DNA of 64,000 nt, from assembly GCA_963717525.1 (NCBI GenBank), contig OY970343.1, positions 1,440,001 through 1,504,000 of the forward strand, written 5' to 3'. Positions 10,383-21,553 of this stretch are shown piece by piece. The position numbers and the translations under genes are program-made. Each line of letters opens with the position of its first letter. Within the stretch, counting starts at the first letter, position 1. The notes below the pieces were generated by a model that made no database searches, was not told where the DNA came from, and saw nothing but the letters and a program-made list of their open reading frames with translations. This DNA is from an uncultured Methanoregulaceae archaeon (GTDB lineage Archaea > Halobacteriota > Methanomicrobia > Methanomicrobiales > Methanospirillaceae).

Positions 10383-11273
10383 ATGCCAAAGATCACGCTT
10401 CGCCGTAACCAGCCGTTCTCTCTCGACCAGACGCTCGGGTGCGGGCAGGTTTTCCGCTGGGACCGCACGCCGGATGGCGGCTGGTGCGGCGTCGTGGGCG
10501 ACCGGGTGATCCGGTGCCGGCAGAAAGGCGCAACCCTGACCTGCGAGGGCGCGGACGAGACATTTATCCGGCACTATTTCTCCCTTGACCTTGATCTGGA
10601 GGCAATACTGGAATCGATTGACTGCGACCCGTTTATCCATGAAGCGATCGGGCGGTGCAGGGGCCTGCGGCTGGTGCGGCAGCCCGCGTGGGAATGTCTC
10701 TGTTCGTATATCTGCTCAACAAATTCCAACATCCCCATGATTCGGCGCCGGATCGCAACCATTGCGCAGCAGTTCGGCGACGAGACGGGAACGGGAGATG
10801 CGAAGTCCTTTTCGTTTCCCGATCCGTCAAGGATCTCCTGCACCGGGGGATCATCCTCTCTCGCGGAATGCAGGCTCGGGTACCGCACACCGTACGTATT
10901 CAATACGGCCGTGGACGTTGCGGCACGAAGAGACTGGGCAGAACGCATTGCCGCGCTGCCGTACGAGGAGGCCCGCCGGGAGATAATGAAATTCCCCGGT
11001 ATCGGCCCCAAGGCAGCGGACTGTGTCCTGCTCTTTGCATTCCAGAAGTACGAAGCATTCCCGGTCGATGTCTGGATCCGCCGGATAGTACGGGAGCACT
11101 ACCTCCCAGCACTCCCGCAAAACACGGCCCTGACCGGCAGGGAGTACGACGCGATACGCGCCTTTGCCCGAGAGCATTTCGGTAGGTATTGCGGGATTGC
11201 ACAGGAATATATCTACGCTGCGCGGGAAGGTAATAAAGACCTGAGTCGTCCCATATTCATCCCATATGTGTGA
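10383..11273 (+). CDS. ogg1: 8-oxoguanine DNA glycosylase/AP lyase (OGG1-type, HhH-GPD)
   Basis: TLGCGQVFRW, HhH FPGIGPKAADC and FPVDVWI motifs. Confidence 0.88.
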   Translation: MPKITLRRNQPFSLDQTLGCGQVFRWDRTPDGGWCGVVGDRVIRCRQKGATLTCEGADETFIRHYFSLDLDLEAILESIDCDPFIHEAIGRCRGLRLVRQPAWECLCSYICSTNSNIPMIRRRIATIAQQFGDETGTGDAKSFSFPDPSRISCTGGSSSLAECRLGYRTPYVFNTAVDVAARRDWAERIAALPYEEARREIMKFPGIGPKAADCVLLFAFQKYEAFPVDVWIRRIVREHYLPALPQNTALTGREYDAIRAFAREHFGRYCGIAQEYIYAAREGNKDLSRPIFIPYV

Positions 11274-11314
11274 AAACCCGGGCCCCCGGCGTTTTCCCTG
11301 AGATCCTGATATCC

Positions 11315-12223
11315 ATGCAATATCTCCCCTTTCACAAACTGCCAAAACCGGTCATGGCGATCGCAGGTGCTACCATCCTTTTTGGGACGGCAACACCGCT
11401 TTTGAAGATTCTTGTCGACGGGATGGCCCCCCTGTTCCTCATTGCCCTCCTCGCCCTCGGGTCAGGTACCGGCGTACTCAGCTGGCGGATGATGAACGGT
11501 CCCCGCTTACCTGCGACACTGCCTCGTGCCGGTAAGAGGGAGCGGTATCTCCTTGCAGGTACTGTGGTCGTCGGAGGTTTTGTGGCGCCCGTCACCCAGT
11601 GTTTTGCCCTCACCATCACCCCGGCGGCGACTGCGGCGCTTCTCTTAAACTTCGAGATCGTTGCAACCGTCCTGCTTGCGTTCTGGGTCTTCCATGAACC
11701 GGCCGACAAACGGATCGGTTTTGCCCTCATCCTCATCTTTGCCGGGAGCATCCTTCTTGGCTGGAACGGTGAGAGTGCGCTCGGTATTTCCCTGGGAGCG
11801 CTCGGGATCATCCTGTCGGGATTTTTCTGGGGCATAGACAACAACTGCATGGCGCATATCACGGCCTATCCCCCGGAGCTGATCGGGCTGTACAAGGTGA
11901 TCTTTGGCGGGAGCATAGCAGCGGTACTCGTGATCGTGCTCGGGGAGCCCCTGCCGGGTGCAGACCTGATCGTGCTTGCCCTCCTCACCGGGTTCTTCTC
12001 CTTTGGTTTTGGTCTTATCCTGTTTATCGTGGCCCTGCGGGACATGGGTGCGGCACGGGCAGGGGCGATCTACTCGGCAGCCCCCTTTATCGGCTGCATT
12101 GCCTCGCTCTTCATCTTCTCCGATCCTCTCGGAAGCCAGTTCTGGCTTGCCGTGCCCCTTTTTGCCGCAGGGGCGCTGATCGTTATCCGCGAACAATGGA
12201 CACGAAAAACGTTCCCCGAATAA
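11315..12223 (+). CDS. EamA/DMT family transporter
   Basis: About 10 TM segments in two repeats; LLLNFE and FWGIDNN; start uncertain. Confidence 0.85.
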   Translation: MQYLPFHKLPKPVMAIAGATILFGTATPLLKILVDGMAPLFLIALLALGSGTGVLSWRMMNGPRLPATLPRAGKRERYLLAGTVVVGGFVAPVTQCFALTITPAATAALLLNFEIVATVLLAFWVFHEPADKRIGFALILIFAGSILLGWNGESALGISLGALGIILSGFFWGIDNNCMAHITAYPPELIGLYKVIFGGSIAAVLVIVLGEPLPGADLIVLALLTGFFSFGFGLILFIVALRDMGAARAGAIYSAAPFIGCIASLFIFSDPLGSQFWLAVPLFAAGALIVIREQWTRKTFPE

Positions 12224-12358
12224 ACACGATTTGGAGGAAAAGAATAGTAAGAGTTCACTTTTACAGGGACAACGAGATAGCACAATCACCGAATATTTAA
12301 TTTCTCGACAAAGGTAAAAATATAAAAATATTTAAAACATAAAAATTGAATTCAGGTC

Positions 12359-13651
12359 ATGAAAACAGCTGTTTTTCCAATACTCCTTTTTTTGATCCTT
12401 GGTGCAGCGATTATTTTCTCCGGTTGCACGGACAAGGCAGGCCCCTCTCTGCCTCAGAGCCCGGCAACGACAACGCCCGTTCCTCATGTAACGCATCCAG
12501 ATACTTCCAATAACGACATCAGCGTAAGTGATGCAAATACCCGGTTCGCATTTGATCTCTACAAAAAATTAAGTGGTGACCCGGCACATTCCGGAACAAA
12601 CCTTGTCTTCTCACCTTACAGTATTTCCTCGGCAATGGGTGTCATGTACGAAGGGGCACAGGGCCAGACCGCAGATGAGATTCTCTTAGTGTCCCATCTT
12701 CCGGAGAATGATACCATGCGCAGGCAGGAATTTTCCAAAATTTATGAGGATATGAACCATCAGGATGCCAATATTACCGTACTTTGTGCAAATGCGTTAT
12801 GGGTTGAAAAATCATACCCCCTCCTTCCGGAATATACCCAGACCATCCAGCAATATTACTCCACAAACGTAACGAACCTCGATTTTGCGGGCCATCCCGA
12901 TGATGCCAGAATAACGATTAACCAATGGGTTGAAAGTAACACAAATAACAAGATCCATGAGATTATCTCTCCCGGGGATTTAGATGCTCAAACAGCAATG
13001 GTGTTCACAAATTCAGTGTATTTCATGGGTGCCTGGGAATCCCCTTTTGATAAGACACAGACATTTGATACAAATTTTACCATCGCACCGAATACCACCG
13101 TACCTGTGATGATGATGGCTAAAGCAGATTTAACTGCAAATTTCAATTATACAGAAACCGGGGATTTCCAGATGATTGAGATCCCGTACAAATACTCTAA
13201 TGAAACTGCATTATCGATGTTTGTCCTCCTTCCGGTAAACAATAATCTGACCGCCGCAGAGGATACGTTAAGTGCCCCGACCTTTTTAAATATGGAGGAA
13301 AATCTCTCGCGAGAAGAGAAACACCTCTTCCTGCCCAGATTCAGGATTGACACCCGTGAGGATATTTCGGGTACTCTTCAGACAATGGGGATGCCAACAG
13401 TATTTACATCAGGGGCAGATTTCTCTAAAATTACTCCGAATTCCGGGATTTATGTTAAAGAAGTCACCCATGACGCCGAGATTGAGGTAAACGAGGAAGG
13501 CACCGAATCGGCGGCAGCGACACAGTTTATTTACACACTGGGAATAGAACCAAACTTCATTGCCAACCATCCGTTCATCTTTATTGTACAGGACAGGGAA
13601 AACGGCAATATCCTCTTCATGGGGCGCGTGATAAATCCCAATACTACCTAA
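12359..13651 (+). CDS. Serpin (serine protease inhibitor), lipoprotein-like leader
   Basis: NLVFSPYSI, NALW, INQWVE, NSVYFMGAW, hinge EVNEEGTESAAAT and FIANHPFIF...ILFMGRV; leader ends in FSGC. Confidence 0.93.
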   Translation: MKTAVFPILLFLILGAAIIFSGCTDKAGPSLPQSPATTTPVPHVTHPDTSNNDISVSDANTRFAFDLYKKLSGDPAHSGTNLVFSPYSISSAMGVMYEGAQGQTADEILLVSHLPENDTMRRQEFSKIYEDMNHQDANITVLCANALWVEKSYPLLPEYTQTIQQYYSTNVTNLDFAGHPDDARITINQWVESNTNNKIHEIISPGDLDAQTAMVFTNSVYFMGAWESPFDKTQTFDTNFTIAPNTTVPVMMMAKADLTANFNYTETGDFQMIEIPYKYSNETALSMFVLLPVNNNLTAAEDTLSAPTFLNMEENLSREEKHLFLPRFRIDTREDISGTLQTMGMPTVFTSGADFSKITPNSGIYVKEVTHDAEIEVNEEGTESAAATQFIYTLGIEPNFIANHPFIFIVQDRENGNILFMGRVINPNTT

Positions 13652-13671
13652 AAAATAGTTAGTTCGGGGTT

Positions 13672-14898
13672 TTATGTCCCGATATCCCAGCTGCACTGGT
13701 ATTGCTTCTGGGCCGCGGTCAGCTCGTCGATGGTGAGACCAAGCGACGCAAGTTTGAGCCGGGCGACCTGTTCGTCGATCTCCTGCGGGACTTCGTAGAC
13801 CCCGCCCTTAAGGGAATCGCCCTGCTCCGCGATATACCGGGTGCAGAGTGCCTGAAGGGCGAAACTGAGGTCCATGACCTCGACAGGGTGGCCCATGCCC
13901 TTTGGCGTTGCAAGGTTCACGAGCCTGCCCTCGGCGAGAACATGGACCGGTTTTCCCTTGATGATATAGCTGGTAATCCCGTCACGTTCGACTGTCGAAT
14001 CCGCGTGTTTTGCAAGCCACGCAATGTCGATCTCGACATTGAAGTGGCCGGCATTTGCGAGGATCGCACCTGCTTTGAGTTTCCCGAAATGATTCTTTCC
14101 GATTACGCTTGTGTTGCCCGTGGTCGTGACAAAGATATCGCCGATCCCCGCTGCCTCGTCCATGGTCATGACATGGTACCCGTCCATGTGCGCCTCAAGG
14201 GCACGGCGGGGATCCACCTCGGTGACCACGACCTTGGCGCCAAGGCCGTGGGCTTTCTTTGCAAGTCCCCGGCCGCAGTAACCGTACCCGGCAACAACGA
14301 AGTATTTGCCGGCGATAAGCGTATTTGTGGTGATCATAAGAGAGGAGAGCACACTCTCCCCGGTCCCGTGCACGTTGTCAAAGAACCGTTTCATCGGCGT
14401 GTCGTTGACCGCAACAACGGGAAACTCGAGTTTTTTCTCTGCCGCCATCGCACGGAGCCGGTGGATGCCGGTTGTAGTCTCCTCACAGCCACCGATCACT
14501 TTCTTGAGCATCTCGCGGCGTTTGGTGTGCAGGTAATGGATGAGGTCCATCCCGTCGTCTATCGTGATGGACGGAGCGGCATCAAGCACCTGTTCGATCG
14601 CCACGTAGTACTCCCCGATAGTGCACCCGCGCTTTGCGTAGCAGTGGACGTTTTTTACCTCGTTCAATGCCTCTGCCACATCGTCCTGCGTCGAGAGCGG
14701 GTTGCAACCGGTGATGTAGACCTTTGCACCCCCGGCAGCGAGCGTCTGGACGAGGTTTGCCGTCTTTGCCTCCACATGGAGGGCCATGCCGATCGTCATG
14801 CCCTTGAAGGGCTTGTCCTTCTCGAACTGTTTTCTGATGGAGGCAAGCACGGGCATGTACTGTGCTGCCCAGTCAATCTTCAGCTTCCCGGTACTCAT
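13672..14898 (-). CDS. ahcY: Adenosylhomocysteinase family (SAH/S-inosylhomocysteine hydrolase)
   Basis: LHVEAKT, CNPLSTQD, DDGMD, EETTTG, FDNVHGTG, GYGYCGRG and EGRLVNL. Confidence 0.95.
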   Translation of the reverse strand: MSTGKLKIDWAAQYMPVLASIRKQFEKDKPFKGMTIGMALHVEAKTANLVQTLAAGGAKVYITGCNPLSTQDDVAEALNEVKNVHCYAKRGCTIGEYYVAIEQVLDAAPSITIDDGMDLIHYLHTKRREMLKKVIGGCEETTTGIHRLRAMAAEKKLEFPVVAVNDTPMKRFFDNVHGTGESVLSSLMITTNTLIAGKYFVVAGYGYCGRGLAKKAHGLGAKVVVTEVDPRRALEAHMDGYHVMTMDEAAGIGDIFVTTTGNTSVIGKNHFGKLKAGAILANAGHFNVEIDIAWLAKHADSTVERDGITSYIIKGKPVHVLAEGRLVNLATPKGMGHPVEVMDLSFALQALCTRYIAEQGDSLKGGVYEVPQEIDEQVARLKLASLGLTIDELTAAQKQYQCSWDIGT

Positions 14899-15048
14899 GA
14901 AAAACACCTGTGCAGTACCCCGCATGAGGCAGGTACCGCCCGACAACGTACCCGGTACATAAGGTGATGATGGCACATAAACTTCCCCTCGAAGGGAGGG
15001 GTGCTGGCAGATAGGTAAATAGCACTTGCGGGAGAAAACAAGAATGAA

Positions 15049-15855
15049 ATGGTGCTGACGCGACGGATCATCCCCTGCCTTGACTTAAAGGACGGCCGGG
15101 TCGTAAAAGGGACAAATTTCCTTGGCCTCAGGGACGCCGGGGACCCGGTGGAACTTGCCGGGCGTTACAACGAGCAGGGCGCCGACGAAGTGGTATTTCT
15201 TGATATTACTGCATCCAAGGAAAAACGCGGCATTATCATTGAGCTCATCCAGCGTGCAGCCGACCGGCTCTTCCTGCCGCTCACCGTCGGGGGCGGGCTT
15301 CGGTCGCTTGACGATATCCAGCAGATCCTCCGGGCAGGCGCCGACAAGGTGAGCCTGAACACGAGCGCCGTGCACGATCCCACGCTTATCACCAGGGGCG
15401 CTGAATCCTTCGGGACGCAATGCATCGTGGTCGCGATGGATGTCCGCCGGAATTTCACGCCGAACCCGGCGGCAGTGCCGGTCCGGTTGTGCGACGGAAG
15501 TACCTGCTGGTACGAGGTGGTCATCTATGGTGGGAGCAAACCGACCGGGATAGATGCAGTGCGCTGGGCAAAAGAGGCCGAGGAACGGGGTGCCGGCGAG
15601 ATCCTCCTGACCAGCATGGAGACCGACGGCACGAAGAACGGGTTCGATATTGCAATCACCCGCGCGATCTCAGAAGCGGCAAATATCCCGGTGATTGCAA
15701 GCGGCGGGGTCGGGACGCCCGAGCATTTTTACGACGGGTTTACCCGGGGAAAAGCGGATGCCTGCCTTGCGGCAAGTGTCTTTCACTACGGCGAATTTAC
15801 TGTTCACGACGTAAAAGAGTATCTTACCGGGAGGGGTATCCCGGTACGGCTCTGA
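15049..15855 (+). CDS. hisF: Imidazole glycerol phosphate synthase cyclase subunit
   Basis: [31 protein letters not shown] and IASGG. Confidence 0.96.
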   Translation: MVLTRRIIPCLDLKDGRVVKGTNFLGLRDAGDPVELAGRYNEQGADEVVFLDITASKEKRGIIIELIQRAADRLFLPLTVGGGLRSLDDIQQILRAGADKVSLNTSAVHDPTLITRGAESFGTQCIVVAMDVRRNFTPNPAAVPVRLCDGSTCWYEVVIYGGSKPTGIDAVRWAKEAEERGAGEILLTSMETDGTKNGFDIAITRAISEAANIPVIASGGVGTPEHFYDGFTRGKADACLAASVFHYGEFTVHDVKEYLTGRGIPVRL

Positions 15856-17452
15856 GATCAAGCTCAAATGCCGCTACCGGCTGTTCCAGTTCGAACGCGG
15901 TGAGCACGGCAGGATGGATCTCGCCAAATACGCCCACTTTGTTACCGGCGACAACAATATCCGCCCGCCTTCCCTCGATGAAGGCCGCATCGGCGGACAC
16001 TTCCGCGCTGTACGCGATCCCCAGCTCGCGGAGCACGGCGTCGGCATGGGCGTAGGCTTCCGAGAAATCCGCCGCCGGGTGGGTGCTGACAAAAGCCAGC
16101 CGCTGGGTTGTGCGGAGATCAGAAAGCGCATCGCCGGTTGCAAAGAGCCGCTGCGGGAGTTCCCGGTGCCGGTTGACCTGGAGCATCTCCAGGAGGAGCG
16201 GCAAAATATCCGTTCTCACCACCGTATACTCCTCGCTTATCGGGTGCATGAGGTGGAGGGTGGAAGGGGAACGGGGGCGCTGCAGCTGATCGCAGAGCAC
16301 CCGTTCATTTGTCAGCGTAAAGGGCATCATCTCCAGGTACCCGAGCCCTGCGAGAATGATGCGCACCTTTGTCGCAATCGCATTTACCGGGTGTTCCGTC
16401 CCGATGGAGAACGTTGGCGGTACCTCCACGGCGAAGTTCTCGTACCCGTAGGAGATCGCGACATCCTCGAAGAGATCCCAGTCGTGCATGATATCGGCCC
16501 GGTAGCAGGGCACCTGAACCCTGACCCGGCCGGACCCGGCCGGCTGTGCGCCAAACCGCATCTTTTCGAGCAGCCCTGCCATCTGCGAGGCGGTCAGTTC
16601 GACCCCGATGAGGTCGCAGCACTCCCTGACGCTGACCATGCGTTCCGTCGGGGCGAGATCGGGAAAAGGAGCGCCGTTGATCTCCACGCTCTCTATGGTT
16701 GCGCCGGCTTCGGCCATGGCGGTGCAGATGATGTTTGCCGCAACATTGACCGCACGCTGGTCGGTGCCGGTCACGTCGAGGAGAATGTTTTTCGTTCCGG
16801 TTGTCACCCGGGTCCGTTCGCCGTTGATGATCGGCGGGAACGAGCAGACATGGTCCTCGTCGTCAGTGATCAGGGGAAAGAGCGGGAAGTCCCTGACGAT
16901 CTTTGCATAGTCCCGGCCCTTCGGGTGCTGTTCAAGGATGCCGTCAAGGGTGAGCTCTTCGGTGAAATCAAGCGGGACAAATGTCCTGCCCCGGGGCGAA
17001 GCCACGTAATGGAACGGCGGCACGACAGTGTCAAGGTCATGGATGCCGATGGCAACCTTGCTCCTGCCCCTCCCGACCGCCCAGTGCAACGCTTCCTGGA
17101 GGGCCATGACCGAGAGGATGGACTCATCGTCGAAGGCGACGTTCCGGATAACGGCAGACGCAAGGCAGGGCCGGATCGCGTCCAGCTTCGGATCAATGGT
17201 GAAGCGGATTCCGGAAGGTCTGACCGAATATTTCGGCAGTCCGGTCTCGATCCCCAGAAACCCCCTCATCGCCCGGGCCACACCTTCGACCGAGAAGAGA
17301 TCGGGGCGGTTGGGGAAGAACTCGACGTCCGCGTGGTCCTCCTCCAAGCGTTCGACCTCGGAGCCGATCATCGGGAGGCGTTGTAAGATCGTTTCACAGC
17401 CGGTGCCGGTGAGCCGTTCGAGGTATTTGTAGGGCAGGCTGATGATCGCCAT
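15824..17452 (-). CDS. pheT: Phenylalanyl-tRNA synthetase beta subunit
   Basis: [25 protein letters not shown] and [16 protein letters not shown]; downstream of pheS. Confidence 0.95.
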   Translation of the reverse strand: MAIISLPYKYLERLTGTGCETILQRLPMIGSEVERLEEDHADVEFFPNRPDLFSVEGVARAMRGFLGIETGLPKYSVRPSGIRFTIDPKLDAIRPCLASAVIRNVAFDDESILSVMALQEALHWAVGRGRSKVAIGIHDLDTVVPPFHYVASPRGRTFVPLDFTEELTLDGILEQHPKGRDYAKIVRDFPLFPLITDDEDHVCSFPPIINGERTRVTTGTKNILLDVTGTDQRAVNVAANIICTAMAEAGATIESVEINGAPFPDLAPTERMVSVRECCDLIGVELTASQMAGLLEKMRFGAQPAGSGRVRVQVPCYRADIMHDWDLFEDVAISYGYENFAVEVPPTFSIGTEHPVNAIATKVRIILAGLGYLEMMPFTLTNERVLCDQLQRPRSPSTLHLMHPISEEYTVVRTDILPLLLEMLQVNRHRELPQRLFATGDALSDLRTTQRLAFVSTHPAADFSEAYAHADAVLRELGIAYSAEVSADAAFIEGRRADIVVAGNKVGVFGEIHPAVLTAFELEQPVAAFELDLRAVPGYPSR

Positions 17453-17453
17453 G

Positions 17454-18908
17454 TTACGCCTTCCTCGCGGCCGCTGCCGGCGCATGCACGGGGCTGTTCC
17501 GGATCCATTCGAGGTCGCTCTGGTACAACTGCCGCAGGTCCTTCAGGCCCAGTCGCAACATGGCGACCCGGCTCACGCCGAGACCCCATGCGAGCACAGG
17601 GCACTGCACGCCCCATGGTGCGGTGACTTCCTGCCGGAAGACGCCGGCACCACCCATCTCGACCCAGCCAAGACCGTCGACCCAGATCTCGGGCTCGACC
17701 GAGGGTTCCGTGTATGGGAAAAAGCCCGGACGGAACCGGACATCGGAAAAGCCCATGCGCTGGTAGAACTCTTTTAAGAAACCGAGCAGGTGGCGGAAGG
17801 TGACGGCCTTATCCATCACGATCCCTTCGAGCTGCTCGAATTCTGGTGTGTGGGTGGGATCGATTGCTTCCCTGCGGTAGACCCTGCCGATACAGAACGC
17901 CTTGACCGGGGGCTCCGGGTGGGTGGCGAGGTACTGGATCGAGAGGCTGGTTGTATGTGTACGGAGCACGCACTGCTTTGCTTTTTTGGGGTTCCACTTC
18001 CCGCCCCAGCCGGTCGAGGAGGTGTCCCCGCCATGCTCGTGCATATCGCGGAGGCACTCCCACCCTTCAGGGAGCGGTGCTTCCTCCCTGAGGTAGAAGG
18101 TATCCTGCATCTCCCGGGCCGGGTGATCCTGCGGCTGGAAGAGGGCATCGAAGTTCCAGAACGCGCTCTGGACGATCTCCCCGTGCATCTCGGTAAAGCC
18201 CATTTCGAGAAGGATAAGGCGCATTTCGTCGATGAGTCGCTGGTACGGGTGGGACTTTCCCGGGTACACGGTTTTGGGCAGTTTTTTGATATCATACCTG
18301 CGCAGGTTTGCTGTCTTCCAAACGCCGGAGAGGATCTGATCCCGCGTGAGCGTGCCGATCTCTTCTTTGAGGTCAAGGCCCTGCTTTGCAAGAGCGATGC
18401 CATCGGCGGTAATGGAAATGGCATACCGGACAGTCTCGGATTCTGCGAGTATCCCGCGCTTGATCAACTCTTTTGTATGGGGTTCACCAGAAACCGGATT
18501 TCGCAATGAGGATTCTTCTGCTTTCGTTGATGTACCTTCATTTTTTATTACGACGGACCCCTCTACACGAATGAATCCTTTCTTCCGCAGCTGGCCAAAC
18601 CCGATTTTGAATGCAGGATGACCCTGAAGATCAGCAAGCGTTGTACCCGGTTTGATAAGGTGAAAGATCTGAGTTTCGGGCAGGCCGCTTTGCAGGTAGA
18701 TCTTACCTTCATCAGTGTATTCGAACGCTTTCTCAACAATCCGCTCGACTTTTGCAAGCCCCTTATCTTCGGCAAGATGCCCCCACTGCACAACTGCTTC
18801 AGGTGTCGCATTCAGGAAAGATGCAAGATGTTCCGCATCAGCCTTCTTCTCCTTTACCAGCGCAGCAAGCAGCCGTTTCTCGTTTAAGGTCAGTTCCGCC
18901 ATCGCCAC
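17454..18908 (-). CDS. pheS: Phenylalanyl-tRNA synthetase alpha subunit (archaeal long form)
   Basis: [35 protein letters not shown] and WGLGVSR. Confidence 0.96.
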   Translation of the reverse strand: MAMAELTLNEKRLLAALVKEKKADAEHLASFLNATPEAVVQWGHLAEDKGLAKVERIVEKAFEYTDEGKIYLQSGLPETQIFHLIKPGTTLADLQGHPAFKIGFGQLRKKGFIRVEGSVVIKNEGTSTKAEESSLRNPVSGEPHTKELIKRGILAESETVRYAISITADGIALAKQGLDLKEEIGTLTRDQILSGVWKTANLRRYDIKKLPKTVYPGKSHPYQRLIDEMRLILLEMGFTEMHGEIVQSAFWNFDALFQPQDHPAREMQDTFYLREEAPLPEGWECLRDMHEHGGDTSSTGWGGKWNPKKAKQCVLRTHTTSLSIQYLATHPEPPVKAFCIGRVYRREAIDPTHTPEFEQLEGIVMDKAVTFRHLLGFLKEFYQRMGFSDVRFRPGFFPYTEPSVEPEIWVDGLGWVEMGGAGVFRQEVTAPWGVQCPVLAWGLGVSRVAMLRLGLKDLRQLYQSDLEWIRNSPVHAPAAAARKA

Positions 18909-20165
18909 TCACACCTCAATCGTCTCTGCCGCCACGTCCATCTTCTCCCGGAAATCCTTTAAGAATGCCACGACGCGCTCTGCGGTCTCCTTCTTGCACT
19001 GCCCGCAGGTGATCTCTCCCGACCTGCACTTCCGGTGGAGCTCCGCAAGTTTTGCATCGTCGGTGATCATGTGGAACATGTTGAGGAGGTAGAGCGTGCA
19101 CTTTTCCGGCTCGCCGCCGAGCCTCCGTTGTTCCTCAAGCGTCATCCTGCCGCCGGTAAGGCCGCTCATCACCTTCTTTCGCACTGCCGCCTCAGGCTCG
19201 TAGAACGAGATGATGCTCTCGGGAATGCTCGACGACATCTTGCCGCCGGTGAGACCGGGCAGGAAGATGTGGTAGGTGGAGGAGGGGGTGTAGAACGCAT
19301 AACCCCCGCAGGCCCGTTCGATCTCCCGGACCTTTGCGCTCACATCGGCGCATCCGGCACCTGTGATGTCCACGTGGCCCTCGTATTTTTTCGCGTGCGG
19401 GAACGCCTTTTTTATCGCATCGAGCGCCGCATCGGGGGCGTTCTTCGAGCGCACGCTGATGTACCCGTCCCGCTCCTCAACCGTGAACATCCGGAACTTG
19501 TGGGCGATCCCCCGGGTGAGCCGGATATGGGGATCCTGGTCGATCCCCACTGGCACCAGCGTCGGGGCCGGCTCCCGCTCGACCTGAGGGTACAGGATAT
19601 CTGCCACCTGCGTAATCACGCTGTCCGCGTGGGCGAGCGCGGTCTCGGGGGAAAAACCGTAGATCGCGGTGAGTTCGGAGAAGTTCACCTTGGTTGCCGC
19701 TTCGAACGCAAGGTCCTTGAGCCGCTCGTTTTTGCTCTGGAAATAGGTCTGGCCTTCAAAGCCCAGGGCAAACAGGCAGGAGAGGTACTCCTTCCCGTAC
19801 TCCCGGCATTTCTCCCATGAAAGACCACGGACGGCAAAAGCTTCCCGGTCAGCAATCGTCACGTACCCGTTGGCACCCTGCTGCACGTGCCAGACGATTT
19901 CCCTCATGAGCATCAGGTGGCCGAGGTGAGGGTGGCCACTCGGCATGAACCCGGTCAGCAGATGGAACGGTGTATGGTTCCGGATCGCGCGGGCGATCGG
20001 GAGGTAATCCCGCTGGCCGACCACGATGCCCCGGCGCATGAAGTACGGGATCTCGGGCAGCTCGGGCAGCACCGGGGCGATCGGGTCGATGCCGAACTCG
20101 GCAAACATCTTCTCGACATCAAGCGAAGGGGTGCTTGACCAGGGATTGATCGGTGATTCTGGCAT
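18909..20165 (-). CDS. trpS: Tryptophanyl-tRNA synthetase
   Basis: TGFMPSGHPHLGH (HIGH-like), GIDQDPH and KMSSS; start may be GTG 20180. Confidence 0.95.
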   Translation of the reverse strand: MPESPINPWSSTPSLDVEKMFAEFGIDPIAPVLPELPEIPYFMRRGIVVGQRDYLPIARAIRNHTPFHLLTGFMPSGHPHLGHLMLMREIVWHVQQGANGYVTIADREAFAVRGLSWEKCREYGKEYLSCLFALGFEGQTYFQSKNERLKDLAFEAATKVNFSELTAIYGFSPETALAHADSVITQVADILYPQVEREPAPTLVPVGIDQDPHIRLTRGIAHKFRMFTVEERDGYISVRSKNAPDAALDAIKKAFPHAKKYEGHVDITGAGCADVSAKVREIERACGGYAFYTPSSTYHIFLPGLTGGKMSSSIPESIISFYEPEAAVRKKVMSGLTGGRMTLEEQRRLGGEPEKCTLYLLNMFHMITDDAKLAELHRKCRSGEITCGQCKKETAERVVAFLKDFREKMDVAAETIEV

Positions 20166-20216
20166 ACCAGGTACCCTCACAGGAACCGTTTTGGGGGAAT
20201 GTTTGAGGATTTCATT

Positions 20217-21224
20217 TCAGAGTTTTATCCGGGCGAATTCGACGAACTGGATTCCGGTAGTATGTACACAGCCAAACAACATCTTCTTTTTGACACTGTG
20301 CGCCATCCTGACCGACCGGGAGATGACGCTCATGGGAAGGTCTGCCTCTTTTTCTATCGCATGCACCAGCATGTCGGAGTGAACATTCTTTCCGCAGTAA
20401 ACGCGGTAGTGATGGCCGAACTTATAACCGGTCCGGGGAATAAAATCGTGCCGGCGCAGCTCGGTATAGACCTTGTCTTTTGCGGCAAGATCCTGGTCGC
20501 TCCCGCTTGCGAATGCGAAAAACTCCTGAGGGGTCAGCGGGGCGCCGTCTTTTGAGACCCGGATCGTTCCTTCGCCCATCAGGTACAGAAGTTCGACCGG
20601 CGAGATCATCAGCCGTTCTTCATCGAACCGTTTCCCGAAACCGGCCTTCTCAAGGTCGGACCCCGGGGGTACCAGGATCATCGCAGACTTGCCCACCAGC
20701 ACCGCATCGCAGGAACCGATTTCGGAGGGTGCACAGGCACCGGTCAGTTTCTGGAGCTTGATCTCGTAATAGGTCAGTTCCTCTTCATCATCGACAACTG
20801 CAAGGACATACTGCTTGCGCATGTTCCGTGCAGTGATCACTTCCTCAATCAGTTTGGTAAACCGGATCGGGTCGCGTTCCGAAAGGACGCGGACGAGGTA
20901 CAGCGACTCCCCGGTCCCCGGCTTTTCTCCGCGCCGGAATACCCGGTAATCGTGGGGGCCGGTCTGGACGACATACCCGCGTTCCCGCAGGTCGCGGTAG
21001 ACAAGAAAACTGCGCAGGAAGTTGCGCTGGTCCGCATATTCGGCAAGGAGCGTATCGAACGTATAGTCAGAAATCTCTATCCTGTGGCGGTGGAGCAGGT
21101 ACAGGGCCTCCTGCGGCGCAAGGCGTATTCCATCGCCTTCGGGCCGCCCGTACCCGCTCTGGTCGTACAGCACCCGCCCGTCCCTGCCGGTCAGCACCGA
21201 AGTGCCTTCAACTGTCGCCTTCAC
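20217..21224 (-). CDS. endA: tRNA-splicing endonuclease (euryarchaeal homodimeric type, two repeats)
   Basis: VYRDLRERG in repeat 1; TGYKFGHHYRVY, HS and RMAHSVKK catalytic Y/H/K in repeat 2. Confidence 0.92.
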   Translation of the reverse strand: MKATVEGTSVLTGRDGRVLYDQSGYGRPEGDGIRLAPQEALYLLHRHRIEISDYTFDTLLAEYADQRNFLRSFLVYRDLRERGYVVQTGPHDYRVFRRGEKPGTGESLYLVRVLSERDPIRFTKLIEEVITARNMRKQYVLAVVDDEEELTYYEIKLQKLTGACAPSEIGSCDAVLVGKSAMILVPPGSDLEKAGFGKRFDEERLMISPVELLYLMGEGTIRVSKDGAPLTPQEFFAFASGSDQDLAAKDKVYTELRRHDFIPRTGYKFGHHYRVYCGKNVHSDMLVHAIEKEADLPMSVISRSVRMAHSVKKKMLFGCVHTTGIQFVEFARIKL

Positions 21225-21553
21225 TGCTGGATCTATTGTTGCCGAAGTGTTATAAGAGCACGGGAAAACGGGACCCGGTCCAGCGCGCGTCCCCCTAGCC
21301 CCTGATCGAAATCCTTATGAATGGCAAAAGTCCGGAACAATGCCTATTAAATGGTAAAAATCGAACCTGTATAGTCAGATTGTATCTCATAAGTATGCTT
21401 ATTTGCACGTCCCCGAGGGTGGTTTTCATTCCGGGAATATTCGGGTAATACTATAAGGTACATCGATCACCCACACCGGAATCATTTCAGCAGCCAATAC
21501 GTAGTGGCGGAAAAATGATGGTGCATCAGACGAACGACCACGGATACCGACGC

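Noticed and set aside
14983..15002. TTCCCCTCGAAGGGAGGGGT as a second ORB
   Set aside because: It lacks the TCCA..GAAA core and is better explained as a short GC hairpin in the ahcY-hisF divergent gap.
13702..17386. Long antisense ORFs (e.g. 13702-14967 +, 15914-17386 +; also 2099-3016 -)
   Set aside because: These are shadow frames of well-supported genes on the opposite strand in GC-rich DNA and have no motifs.
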